Positions 8,995 to 17,552 of a stretch of 64,000 nt of DNA are shown here, piece after piece. Positions within the stretch are counted from its first letter, which is position 1; every line of letters begins with the position of its first letter. The translations under genes and the position numbers were made by a program. This DNA comes from an uncultured Actinomycetes bacterium (GTDB lineage: Bacteria > Actinomycetota > Actinomycetes > Streptosporangiales > Streptosporangiaceae), in the NCBI GenBank assembly GCA_963732345.1, contig CAVSZI010000013.1, forward strand, positions 32,169-96,168, read 5' to 3'. The notes beneath the pieces are model-generated. The model saw nothing but the letters and a program-made list of their open reading frames with translations, ran no database searches and was not told where the DNA came from.

Positions 8995-9600
8995 ATGCAG
9001 GACCCTGCCGATACCCAGCCCGGCCCGGACACCGACGTCGATCTCAGCGCGCAGGCCGCCAGCCGGTTCCTGGCCGCGGCCGGCCTGGTGGTGGATTCGG
9101 CCAGCGGAACCCGCGTGGCCGGGCACATCGACCTCGGGCCGGATCACCACACCCCGTGGGGCGTGGTGCACGGCGGTGTCTACACCACCGCCGCCGAATC
9201 CGCCGCCAGCCTCGGCGCCAGCCTGGCGGTGCGGGACCGCGGGCAGTTCGCGGTCGGTGTGCACAATGCGACCGATTTCCTGCGCCCGGCCACCTCGGGC
9301 CGCGCCGAGGTTATCGCCGAGCCCCTCCAGCAGGGCCGCGTCCAGCAACTATGGCTTGTCACCATCACCGGCGAGCGCGGCAGGGCGCTCGCGCGCGGCC
9401 AGCTCAGGCTGCAGAACGTCCCGCTCCCCCGGCACCGGCACCGGCACCGGCACCGGCACAAACTGACGAGCGGCCAGCACACCCGGCTCCGCCGCGGTCT
9501 CAGTTCGGGCGGCCGGCTCCGGAACTCATCGAACACCGCCGACTCCGAGACCCACCAGCGCCTGAGCAAAGCGGCGCAGCGACTCATCCTTCTCTCCTGA
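8995..9600 (+). CDS. PaaI-family (hotdog fold) thioesterase
   Basis: HTPWGVVHGGVYTTAAESAAS...GRVQQLWLVTI fits the hotdog PaaI/4HBT pattern. The 3' tail (PRHRHRHRHRH...) is produced by a CGGCAC microsatellite and may not be native. Confidence 0.7.
   Translation: MQDPADTQPGPDTDVDLSAQAASRFLAAAGLVVDSASGTRVAGHIDLGPDHHTPWGVVHGGVYTTAAESAASLGASLAVRDRGQFAVGVHNATDFLRPATSGRAEVIAEPLQQGRVQQLWLVTITGERGRALARGQLRLQNVPLPRHRHRHRHRHKLTSGQHTRLRRGLSSGGRLRNSSNTADSETHQRLSKAAQRLILLS
9430..9459. repeat. (CGGCAC)5 hexanucleotide microsatellite
   Basis: cggcac x5 read directly. In frame it encodes RHRHRHRHRH at the 3' end of the thioesterase ORF. Confidence 0.9.
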
Positions 9601-9766
9601 ACCCGCGAGCACAATGACGACTAGCGTGGGGGCGTGGTGTCACCCATTTCATCCAATATTTACCTGCATCGGCTGGACACCTCACACGGGCTTGATCTGG
9701 TGAATAAAACGGGTACGTCACCAATGAGGAACGTGCGGATGCCAGAGCATCAAGGATGGTGCGCCA

Positions 9767-11239
9767 GTGAGCGAGTCGTCGTACCGTGTCCCGTCCGCCG
9801 CCCGCCAGCGCCTCAACGGGATCTCCGAGATCCGCGGATTCTTCCGCGAGAACACCACACCCGTTTACTTCTTCGGGGCGACCGCTTTCAACCTGCTCGG
9901 GATCGACCGCTGGGTCCGCAACTTCAGCTACATCGCCTACTTCGACTCTTGGGACGGCGGACACCCGCGGGTGTTTAGCCCGAAGCACAAGCCGTACGTG
10001 AAATTCGGGAGCAGCGAGGAGATCAACAACTACCTGCTCCGCGATCCGGAGGTGCAGGCCTTCATCGCCTCCCGCGGCGGCCGTCCGAAGGTGGCGATGG
10101 TCTTCTTCAACGAGGAGACGGAGGGGATCTGCGCAGAGCTGGGGTACGAAATGATCCTCCCGTCCGACGAGCTGCGCCGGCGCCTGGACTCCAAGATCGT
10201 GACAACGGTTCTCGGCAACGAGGCCGGCGTCCCGAGCGTGCCGAATGTGCTCGTGGAGGTCGACTCGTGGGGCACGCTGGTCCGCGTCGCCGTCGATGCG
10301 GGACTGGGCACCGACCTCGTCGTGCAGACCCCGTACGGCGACTCGGGGAAGACCACCTTCTTCATCGCCTCGGAGTCAGACTGGGCCTCCCACGCCGGTG
10401 CTGTCGCAGGCCAGCGGGCGAAGGTGATGAAGCGGATCAGCAACAAGGCCGTCGCGGTGGAGGCCGTGCTGACCCGGCACGGGACGGTCGTCGGGCCGTT
10501 CATGACCGACCTCACCGGCTACCCCGAGCTCACCCCGTACAAGGGCGGGTGGTGCGGCAATGACCTGTTCCCGGAGGCACTGTCGGATGAGCACCGCGCC
10601 AGGGCGACCGAACTCGTCCGGCGGCTCGGTGACCGGCTCGGGCAGGAGGGCTACAAGGGCTTCTTCGAGGTCGACGTCCTCGTCGACCTCGAAGCCGGCG
10701 AGGTCTACCTCGGTGAGCTGAACCCCCGCATTTCCGGCGTGTCGTCGATGACCAACGTCACGGCGGGCGCGTACGCCGACATCCCGCTCTTCCTGTTCCA
10801 CCTGCTCGAGTACATGGACGTCGACTACATCATCGACGTCGGGGAGATCAACCAGCGGTGGCACGACCTGGCAGCGGGTGACGTCTGGGCACAACTGGTC
10901 ATGAAGGAGCCGGGCGAGAGCGTCGAGCGGATCCGCGCCGCCCCGCGCACCGGGACCTACCAGCTCAGCAAGGACGGGGAGCTGACCTTTCTCCGGCCGT
11001 CGCACGACTGGCACCCGCTGACCAGCGAGGACGAGTGCTTCTTCCTGCGCGTGTACGGCCCGGGCGACTACCGCTTCAAAGGCGCCGACCTCGGCATCCT
11101 CGTCACCAAAGGCCGCATGCAGACCGCCGCGGGCCTGACCGACCAGTGCCGGCGTTACATCGACGGCATCCGTTCCTGGTACGTCACCGAGCCGATCGAG
11201 CAGCCTCCGGCCATTATGCCCATCGGGTACCTGAAGTGA
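9767..11239 (+). CDS. ATP-grasp domain protein (carboxylate-amine ligase-like)
   Basis: GTG start, 490 aa. KIVTTVLGNEAGVPSVP...VVQTPYGDSGKTTFFI...GFFEVDVLVD...YLGELNPRISG is an ATP-grasp fold signature. Confidence 0.8.
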   Translation: MSESSYRVPSAARQRLNGISEIRGFFRENTTPVYFFGATAFNLLGIDRWVRNFSYIAYFDSWDGGHPRVFSPKHKPYVKFGSSEEINNYLLRDPEVQAFIASRGGRPKVAMVFFNEETEGICAELGYEMILPSDELRRRLDSKIVTTVLGNEAGVPSVPNVLVEVDSWGTLVRVAVDAGLGTDLVVQTPYGDSGKTTFFIASESDWASHAGAVAGQRAKVMKRISNKAVAVEAVLTRHGTVVGPFMTDLTGYPELTPYKGGWCGNDLFPEALSDEHRARATELVRRLGDRLGQEGYKGFFEVDVLVDLEAGEVYLGELNPRISGVSSMTNVTAGAYADIPLFLFHLLEYMDVDYIIDVGEINQRWHDLAAGDVWAQLVMKEPGESVERIRAAPRTGTYQLSKDGELTFLRPSHDWHPLTSEDECFFLRVYGPGDYRFKGADLGILVTKGRMQTAAGLTDQCRRYIDGIRSWYVTEPIEQPPAIMPIGYLK

Positions 11240-11360
11240 GCGCACGACATCCAGGGCCGGTGGCCTCAGCCGGACAACGCCGTCGCGGCCCCGACCGGGC
11301 CTAGCCACCGATCCTGAGGAGGGCAGCGCCATCACCGCCAACGCGCCGACGGACACGGAT

Positions 11361-12689
11361 GTGGTGACCCTGAAGCGGTCGCTCGGCCTGCGGTCCGTCG
11401 TCCTGTTCGGTCTCGCGTACCTGGCCCCGATGATCGTGCTCGGTACCTTCGGGGTGCTCGCCCTGAAGACCCACGGCACGGTGCCGACCGGGTATCTGCT
11501 CGCCCTTGTCGCCCTGCTCTTCACGGCTATGAGCTACGGCAAGATGTCGGCCAGGTTCCCGGTCGCCGGCTCGGCCTACACCTACACCAGACGGGCGATC
11601 GACTCCCGGGCCGGCTTCCTCGTCGGCTGGGCTGTCCTGCTCGACTACTTTTTCCTGCCCATGGTCATCTGGCTCATCGGGGCCGCCTTCCTGTCGGCCA
11701 AGTTCCCCGGAGTTCCAAACTGGATCTGGATCGTGGGCTTCATCATCATCTCCACGATCCTCAACGTCATCGGCATCAAGGCGGCGGCCAACGCGACCCT
11801 GCTCCTCATGATCTTCCAGATCCTCGTGCTGGCCTTTTTCGTGGCGCTGTCTCTGCGCCACGTGGTCCACACGGGCGGTGCCGGAGCGCTCGTCAGCAGC
11901 ACGCCCTTCCTCAATCCGCGAACGACCATCTCGGCGGTGTCGGCCGGCGCCGCCCTGGCCGCCTATTCGTTCTTAGGTTTCGACGCGATCACCACGCTGA
12001 CCGAGGAGACCATTGAGCCGAAAACAACGATCCCGCGGGCCATCATGCTGGTCCTGCTGATCGGTGGCGGCATCTTCCTCGTCGTCACCTACTCGACCCA
12101 GCTCGTGCGTCCGGGCGGGCCGTCCGCCGACGCGAATTCAGCTGCCTTCACGATCGCCAAGACCATCGGCGGGGACCTGTTCTCGTCCCTGTTCCTCGCC
12201 GGCCTCGTCGTCACCCAGTTTGCCTCCGGCCTGGCCGCCCAAACCAGCGTGGCGCGCCTGCTTTACGCCATGGGCCGCGACTCCGTCTTCCCCAAGCGGA
12301 TCTTCGGCTACCTCCACCCCAGGTTCCATACGCCGGCGATCAACGTGCTGCTGGCCGGGGTGGTCGGGCTCATCGCCCTCAAGCTGAGCGTGGCCACCTC
12401 GACCTCCTTCATCAACTTCGGCGCCTTCACCGCGTTCACGTGCGTGAATCTCTGCGTGATCGCCATGTTCATCCGCCAGCAGCGCGAGCACGGCCCATCG
12501 CAGCGGGTCGTGCCCCATGTCGTCTTCCCGGCGATCGGCGCCGTAGTCGACGTTTACCTTCTCCTGCACCTCGACGGCAAGGCCAAGCTGCTCGGGGTCA
12601 CGTGGCTCACCTGCGGCGCGCTCTACCTGACCTACCTGACCCGAGGGTTCCGGCGCCCGCCACCAGAAATCGAGAACGTCGAGGACTGA
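11361..12689 (+). CDS. APC-family amino acid/polyamine permease
   Basis: 442 aa with a multi-TM hydrophobic profile. LKRSLGLRSVVLFGLAYLAPM...FTAMSYGKMSARFPVAGSAYTY is a typical APC permease N-terminus (PuuP-like). Confidence 0.85.
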   Translation: MVTLKRSLGLRSVVLFGLAYLAPMIVLGTFGVLALKTHGTVPTGYLLALVALLFTAMSYGKMSARFPVAGSAYTYTRRAIDSRAGFLVGWAVLLDYFFLPMVIWLIGAAFLSAKFPGVPNWIWIVGFIIISTILNVIGIKAAANATLLLMIFQILVLAFFVALSLRHVVHTGGAGALVSSTPFLNPRTTISAVSAGAALAAYSFLGFDAITTLTEETIEPKTTIPRAIMLVLLIGGGIFLVVTYSTQLVRPGGPSADANSAAFTIAKTIGGDLFSSLFLAGLVVTQFASGLAAQTSVARLLYAMGRDSVFPKRIFGYLHPRFHTPAINVLLAGVVGLIALKLSVATSTSFINFGAFTAFTCVNLCVIAMFIRQQREHGPSQRVVPHVVFPAIGAVVDVYLLLHLDGKAKLLGVTWLTCGALYLTYLTRGFRRPPPEIENVED

Positions 12690-12826
12690 CCCGACCAGGA
12701 CGCCTACCTGCCCAACCGCGTTCAAAGCGTTGCGGCTCCTGGCTACGTGCTACCCCTCGAAGGAGCCCGCCCTGGTGAAGCGATCGGACCCCTGGTCGAG
12801 GCCTTCATGCTCGTGCAGCCGACCGC

Positions 12827-14029
12827 TCATTGGCCACCAGCGCCAGCGCGGCGCTCGGTCACGGTGGGACGATCCGCGCCGAGGTGCAGCTGGATGCTGC
12901 CGGTGTTTGGCCGGTGCAGCGAATGCTGCCATGTGCGCTGCGGCCAGTGGTAGCGCACTATGCCGTCGGCCGGACGGTACTCGGCGGTGTACAACGTCCC
13001 GAACCCGCGGTCCCAGTGGGTCGCGTAGAGGGGATCCCGCAGGCAGGCCGCGACGACGTCGGCCACGTCGGCGGAGTTGGCGAGCAGCGCTTCGAGCTGT
13101 TGCTCCCGTTCTACGCTGCGGACAGCCGCGACGTAGGGCGCCCACTCCACCTTGCCCTGGTGGTTTGTGGTCACGGCCCGGTCAGTCACCCGTGCCGGGC
13201 GGTCCGGAGCGACATAGACGGTGGCGAACCGGCCGGCCCGGTCCAGCGCGGTGATGTTGTATGACATGTGCACGGGAATCCGGCTGAGCACCTGGACGGC
13301 CTCGTCAACCGTCTGGCATACCTCGAGTACGTAGCGCACGACGATGGGGATACCGAACCCCTCGCCGACTTCACGCCGGCCGCCGAAGGTCAGCGAGACA
13401 GCCAGCCCCGCATCGTTGACGCCGTCGAGCAGCCCCCAGAGGCAGTCGGCCATGCCAAGCACGCGGCGTCCGGTGTAGGCCGTCCGGGACACGACACCGT
13501 CGAACAGCCGGTGGTCCCAGTCGTAGTTGCGCACCAGGGCCGGGCCGCCCCCGAGCACCACGGCCTGCGAGCACCCGGTCAGAAAGGGCGGGGGATTCCA
13601 CAACGACAACGCTGGCCCGGCGTCGGGGTCTCCCGGAAGCATCCCGGCAAGCTGCTCCCAGGTTTCGACGAGCTCGGGCATGTGCTCCTCGAGCCGCGCC
13701 CTCGCCTCGGCCGTGGTGGGGCGGGCACGGACTCCCCCTTGTGACCACCACCGGTGGAAGGCCGGCCAGATCCCGGCGAGCTGCTCCCGCATGCGGGGGC
13801 CGGGGAAGTCCTCCTGATAGGAAGACAGTGTCAGCGCGGTAGACCCGGCGGTCGGCGTTTCCCACGGCACCTCGCCGGGCCCAGCGGCGGCCCAGTCAGT
13901 CGCGGCGAGTCGGCGTAGCCAGGAGCGCCAGTCCGACCAGTCGACCCCTTCTGTCCATCGCTCCCAGCCCCGCCAGTCAGAAGGGGCGGGGCGACGCGCC
14001 TCGTTGTCTGCGGAACTGCCTTCTGCCAT
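12827..14029 (-). CDS. C45-family Ntn-hydrolase (acyl-CoA:6-APA acyltransferase-like)
   Basis: PFLTGCSQAVVLGGGPALVRNYDW carries the G|C self-processing/nucleophile site, followed by the R.yDW motif typical of C45 and linear-amide Ntn hydrolases. Start placed at ATG 14029, about 11 nt after GAGAGGGG (alt ATG 14038). Confidence 0.7.
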   Translation of the reverse strand: MAEGSSADNEARRPAPSDWRGWERWTEGVDWSDWRSWLRRLAATDWAAAGPGEVPWETPTAGSTALTLSSYQEDFPGPRMREQLAGIWPAFHRWWSQGGVRARPTTAEARARLEEHMPELVETWEQLAGMLPGDPDAGPALSLWNPPPFLTGCSQAVVLGGGPALVRNYDWDHRLFDGVVSRTAYTGRRVLGMADCLWGLLDGVNDAGLAVSLTFGGRREVGEGFGIPIVVRYVLEVCQTVDEAVQVLSRIPVHMSYNITALDRAGRFATVYVAPDRPARVTDRAVTTNHQGKVEWAPYVAAVRSVEREQQLEALLANSADVADVVAACLRDPLYATHWDRGFGTLYTAEYRPADGIVRYHWPQRTWQHSLHRPNTGSIQLHLGADRPTVTERRAGAGGQ

Positions 14030-14599
14030 GATGCGCATAACCCCTCTCAGCCAACCGGAGTCTGCCAGTACCCGCGGACGCCCGCGTCATGCGCGGTTCT
14101 GACATCCTGGTTAGTGAAACCAGGAGCCGCGCGATCCATGACCCCGAGTCCGAGACGCGGGACCGGCCGTCACATTCGCGCTGATGGCCCCCGGCGCGCG
14201 ACGCTGGAGCTAGGCCGCGAATGGTCTCGTTCAGCTCGGGCAAAATCCGCCCGGCAGGTCGCGGAAAGTAACGCCCGCCGGTGCGACACGCTGACCTTGC
14301 TCACCGCACAGCCGGTCACCCCGCCGGCGAATCCCCGGGCGAACCCGTCACGTGTCGGCGAATACCCGCTGTATGAGGATTTCGTGCGGCTCGGAACCGA
14401 GTTCGGATGCCACTCCAATGGGAGTTAGGTCGTACCCGCAAACGCACTCACGAGCATCGGCCGATCCTATGACGTTAGTCACAACGCCATCCGGAAAGCG
14501 GTCATAGGTCTTTCATGGGCGCACGTACCACCTGGTCAACAACCTGTCCTTGCCTCCGGTAATTGTCCGCCTACTGTGGAAGCGAGGGGGACGTTGACA

Positions 14600-14791
14600 A
14601 TGAGCCAAAACGGCAACGACAGCAGAAACACCGAACTGGCGCGCCTCAGGCACACATGGGGTACCCGGTATGAAATCGGCGAGGTGATGGGCATTTGGAG
14701 AGCGCAATGCCTCACGGACGCTTCCAAGATCCTCACCGCAGCCAGCCCAATGGAGTTGCGGGAAATGCTGCTCCGCGACTTCTCCCAGTAG
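14600..14791 (+). CDS. small hypothetical protein (63 aa)
   Basis: ATG preceded by gagggggacg. MSQNGNDSRNTELARLRHTWGTRYEIGEVMGIWRAQCLTDASKILTAASPMELREMLLRDFSQ. The gene ends 2 nt before the next ATG. Confidence 0.45.
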   Translation: MSQNGNDSRNTELARLRHTWGTRYEIGEVMGIWRAQCLTDASKILTAASPMELREMLLRDFSQ

Positions 14792-14793
14792 CC

Positions 14794-14985
14794 ATGGGCG
14801 CGCACATCGACCTGCAGGACCAGGTGCCCAGGAAACTTGCCTACCTGCGCGAGCATCCCGACACGGACATCATCGCGCCATGCCGCCATGAGCCGATGTG
14901 GGAGGCGACACTAGACCACGGGAACGTGGTTATCCAGGCCCTCCAGTTGAGCCTGCTGCTCGACCAGCTGGAAAAGCTCGGCTAG
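14794..14985 (+). CDS. small hypothetical protein (63 aa)
   Basis: Internal ATG of ORF 14695..14985, tightly following 14600..14791. MGAHIDLQDQVPRKLAYLREHPDTDIIAPCRHEPMWEATLDHGNVVIQALQLSLLLDQLEKLG. Confidence 0.45.
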   Translation: MGAHIDLQDQVPRKLAYLREHPDTDIIAPCRHEPMWEATLDHGNVVIQALQLSLLLDQLEKLG

Positions 14986-15152
14986 CTACCGAGATGGATC
15001 GGTCTGCCAGCGGCAGCGGCGGGCCCTCGCCACCTCGTCGGGGACTTCGAGCGTTCGGCGGGATTTCTGGATCTTGGTGTTGCCGCCGGCGCGATGGCGA
15101 ACCGCTGCGGTGGCGGTGCCTTTAAAGTACGGGCGCGCCGGGCAAACGGGCG

Positions 15153-15486
15153 GTGTGGCGGTTTCTGGTCGGATCCCCGCTGCGGGCGCGGGATGTTTCC
15201 AGGGAGCAGATCACCCGGGGTGAGGGGCTGTCGGCGCTGTCGCTGGATGCGCTGACATCGGTCGCCTACGGGCCGGAAGCGATCATCGTTGTGCTCGCCT
15301 ACCGGCAAACTGGACGCCGAGTGGGCCCGCTGGAACCCGGGGGTACCCCTGCGGGTACTGGACACCCAATATGCCTCGATCGCTGGCCCCGTCGTCGCGT
15401 TCATCGACGAGCTCCGCCAGCACCACGACGAGCAGATCCTTATCGGCTACCTCCGCCCGCGCCGGGGCCCAGCGCCCGGATGCTGA
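15153..15486 (+). pseudogene. APC-superfamily transporter gene remnant (N- and C-terminal ends only)
   Basis: LVGSPLRARDVSREQITRGEGLSALSLDALTSVAYGPEAIIVVLA is the conserved N-terminus of an actinobacterial APC/K+-transporter-like permease. About 50 codons later the reading switches frame to ...PLRVLDTQYASIAGPVVAFIDELRQHHDEQILIGYL, which resembles the cytoplasmic C-terminus of the same family. The whole membrane domain is missing. Confidence 0.5.
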
Positions 15487-16020
15487 TCAGGATCAGCATC
15501 GTGGCCAGAGGCAGCTGCCCAAGGCGCTAAGCAGAGTCCAGCGCGGCAGCGGGACTACCCGCCGTGCTGCCACTGGCGCTACAGCAGGCCATAGCCCACT
15601 TCTGCGGAAGGTGGCTTAATCGATCTACCGGGAAATCCGGCCGGCCCGGCTAATATCCCGGCCATTACTTATCTTCTTTTCCCTGGTGGACGGGCAGCCG
15701 GGTCTGCAAGATTTACTATCCGGCTCAGCGGTATATTTTCCGGCCCGCAATTTCGATCATAGCAGGCCCGGTAAATTCTGCCACCCGGGCTATGGCCCCG
15801 GCAGAATCTTTAGCCCGGCATCCTTAATGCATTACTTTCAATTCAAAGAATACATTGCTAGCCTGGAAATTGCGGATGCCGGCTCAGGGCAGGCGCCGGA
15901 TGTGGCGGCGCTGGCGGCCCGGTTGACCGGGTGCCGCGGAGGCCAGCCGCTGGCTGCCCCGCCAAGGAAGATCCCGATGAGGTACGCGTCAAACTCTGCG
16001 GGCTCGCATGACTGCGGAGG

Positions 16021-17214
16021 ATGATGGGGATGCCCTGCACACTGTACGTGGCCTGGGATGAACGGCTGGCTGCCTATGATTTCGGCCCTGGCCATCCGAT
16101 GGCGCCGGTCCGGGTCGACCTGACGATCGAACTGGCCCGCACGTTCGGCCTGTTCGCTGAGGCGGGGGTGTCCGTCGAGCGCGCGCCGCCCGCCACTGAC
16201 GTGCAGCTGGAGCTGGTGCACATCGAAAGCTACATCGCGGCGGTGCGGCTGGCCGGCCGCCCGGACACGGCCTCTTCGATTCCGGGTTTCGGCCTCGGTA
16301 CCGGGGATGATCCGGTCTTTCCCGGTATGCACGACGCGTCGGCGCTGGTGGCGGGCGCGACCCTGGCGGCAGCCCGCGCGGTCTGGACCGGCGCGGCACA
16401 GCACGGCGCTAGCATCGCTGGTGGCCTGCACCACGCGATGCGAGCCAGCGCCAGCGGCTTCTGCGTATATAACGACCCGGCGATCGCGATCGCCTGGCTG
16501 CTGGGGGCGGGTGCGGAACGGGTCGCCTACGTCGACATCGACGTGCACCACGGTGACGGGGTGCAGGCGGCGTTTTATGACGACCCGCGGGTGCTGACGA
16601 TCAGCCTGCACGAGCATCCGGCGACGCTGTGGCCCGGCACCGGGCTGCCGGGCGAGACGGGCGGGCTGGGGGCAACGGGATCGGCGGTCAACGTGGCGCT
16701 GCCGGCCGGGACCACGGACGCCGGGTGGCTGCGTGCCTTCCATGCCGTTGTGCCGCCGCTGCTGCGGGCGTTCCGGCCGCAGATCCTGGTCAGCCAGCAC
16801 GGCTGTGATACGCACCGGCTCGACCCACTGGCCGACCTGCAGTTGTCTATCGATGCGCAGCGCGCCGCGGGCGCCGCGATCCACTCCCTGGCCCACGAGG
16901 TCGCGGACGGCCGCTGGCTTCTTACCGGAGGAGGCGGCTACGAAGTGCTCCAGGTCGTGCCCATAACCTGGACACATCTGCTCGCCGAAGCCGCCGGCTA
17001 TCCGATCGACCCCCAGGCGCGCACCCCGGACGCCTGGCGGAAGTACGCATCCCGCCGCACCGGCCGCCGGGCACCCGAACTGATGACTGACGGCGCCGAG
17101 GCACAGTACATCCGCTTCGAGTCCGGATACGACCCCTCAGACCGCATCGACCAGGCCATCATGGCCACCCGCACCGCCGTCTTCCCCGAGCACGGGCTGC
17201 TGCTGCTGCCCTGA
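16021..17214 (+). CDS. acuC: AcuC-type histone-deacetylase-family amidohydrolase (copy 1)
   Basis: VAWDERLAAYDFGPGHPMAPVRVDLT...HHAMRASASGFCVYNDPAIAIAWLL...VAYVDIDVHHGDGVQAAFYDDPRVLTISLHE gives the classic HDAC/AcuC catalytic motifs. The likely true start is ATG 16030, about 9 nt after GGAGG. Confidence 0.85.
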   Translation: MMGMPCTLYVAWDERLAAYDFGPGHPMAPVRVDLTIELARTFGLFAEAGVSVERAPPATDVQLELVHIESYIAAVRLAGRPDTASSIPGFGLGTGDDPVFPGMHDASALVAGATLAAARAVWTGAAQHGASIAGGLHHAMRASASGFCVYNDPAIAIAWLLGAGAERVAYVDIDVHHGDGVQAAFYDDPRVLTISLHEHPATLWPGTGLPGETGGLGATGSAVNVALPAGTTDAGWLRAFHAVVPPLLRAFRPQILVSQHGCDTHRLDPLADLQLSIDAQRAAGAAIHSLAHEVADGRWLLTGGGGYEVLQVVPITWTHLLAEAAGYPIDPQARTPDAWRKYASRRTGRRAPELMTDGAEAQYIRFESGYDPSDRIDQAIMATRTAVFPEHGLLLLP

Positions 17215-17552
17215 CCACCCCGGTGGCACGGCCAGATCTGGCCGAATCGAGACCAATGGCCTCAGCGATGTACAAGCCTTCGAGCGTGACGTACCCGGCC
17301 GTGGCAATGAGTAAGAGAAGACGAGAGGGTCCTGGGATCTTGGTGTGGCGGTCAGCCAGGCATGAGGGCAAACCAGGCGCGACCGTAGGTCCGTCTCTTG
17401 GCCGCCGCCCCGGCCGGAACGCGGAAGCGCCCCCGGGGCCTGATTCCCCGGGGGCGCCGATCCGGTCGCTTGCCGATCGTCCGGCCCGTTCAGTCCTTAT
17501 CTTCCGCCCAGTTGATCGCGGCCCGCGTACTCGTCATCGTCCAGGCCGCCGC

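Noticed and set aside
15686-16024. 112-aa ORF in the low-GC island
   Set aside because: It has atypical codon composition for this genome, no SD and no recognisable motif. The region is reported as a compositional anomaly instead.
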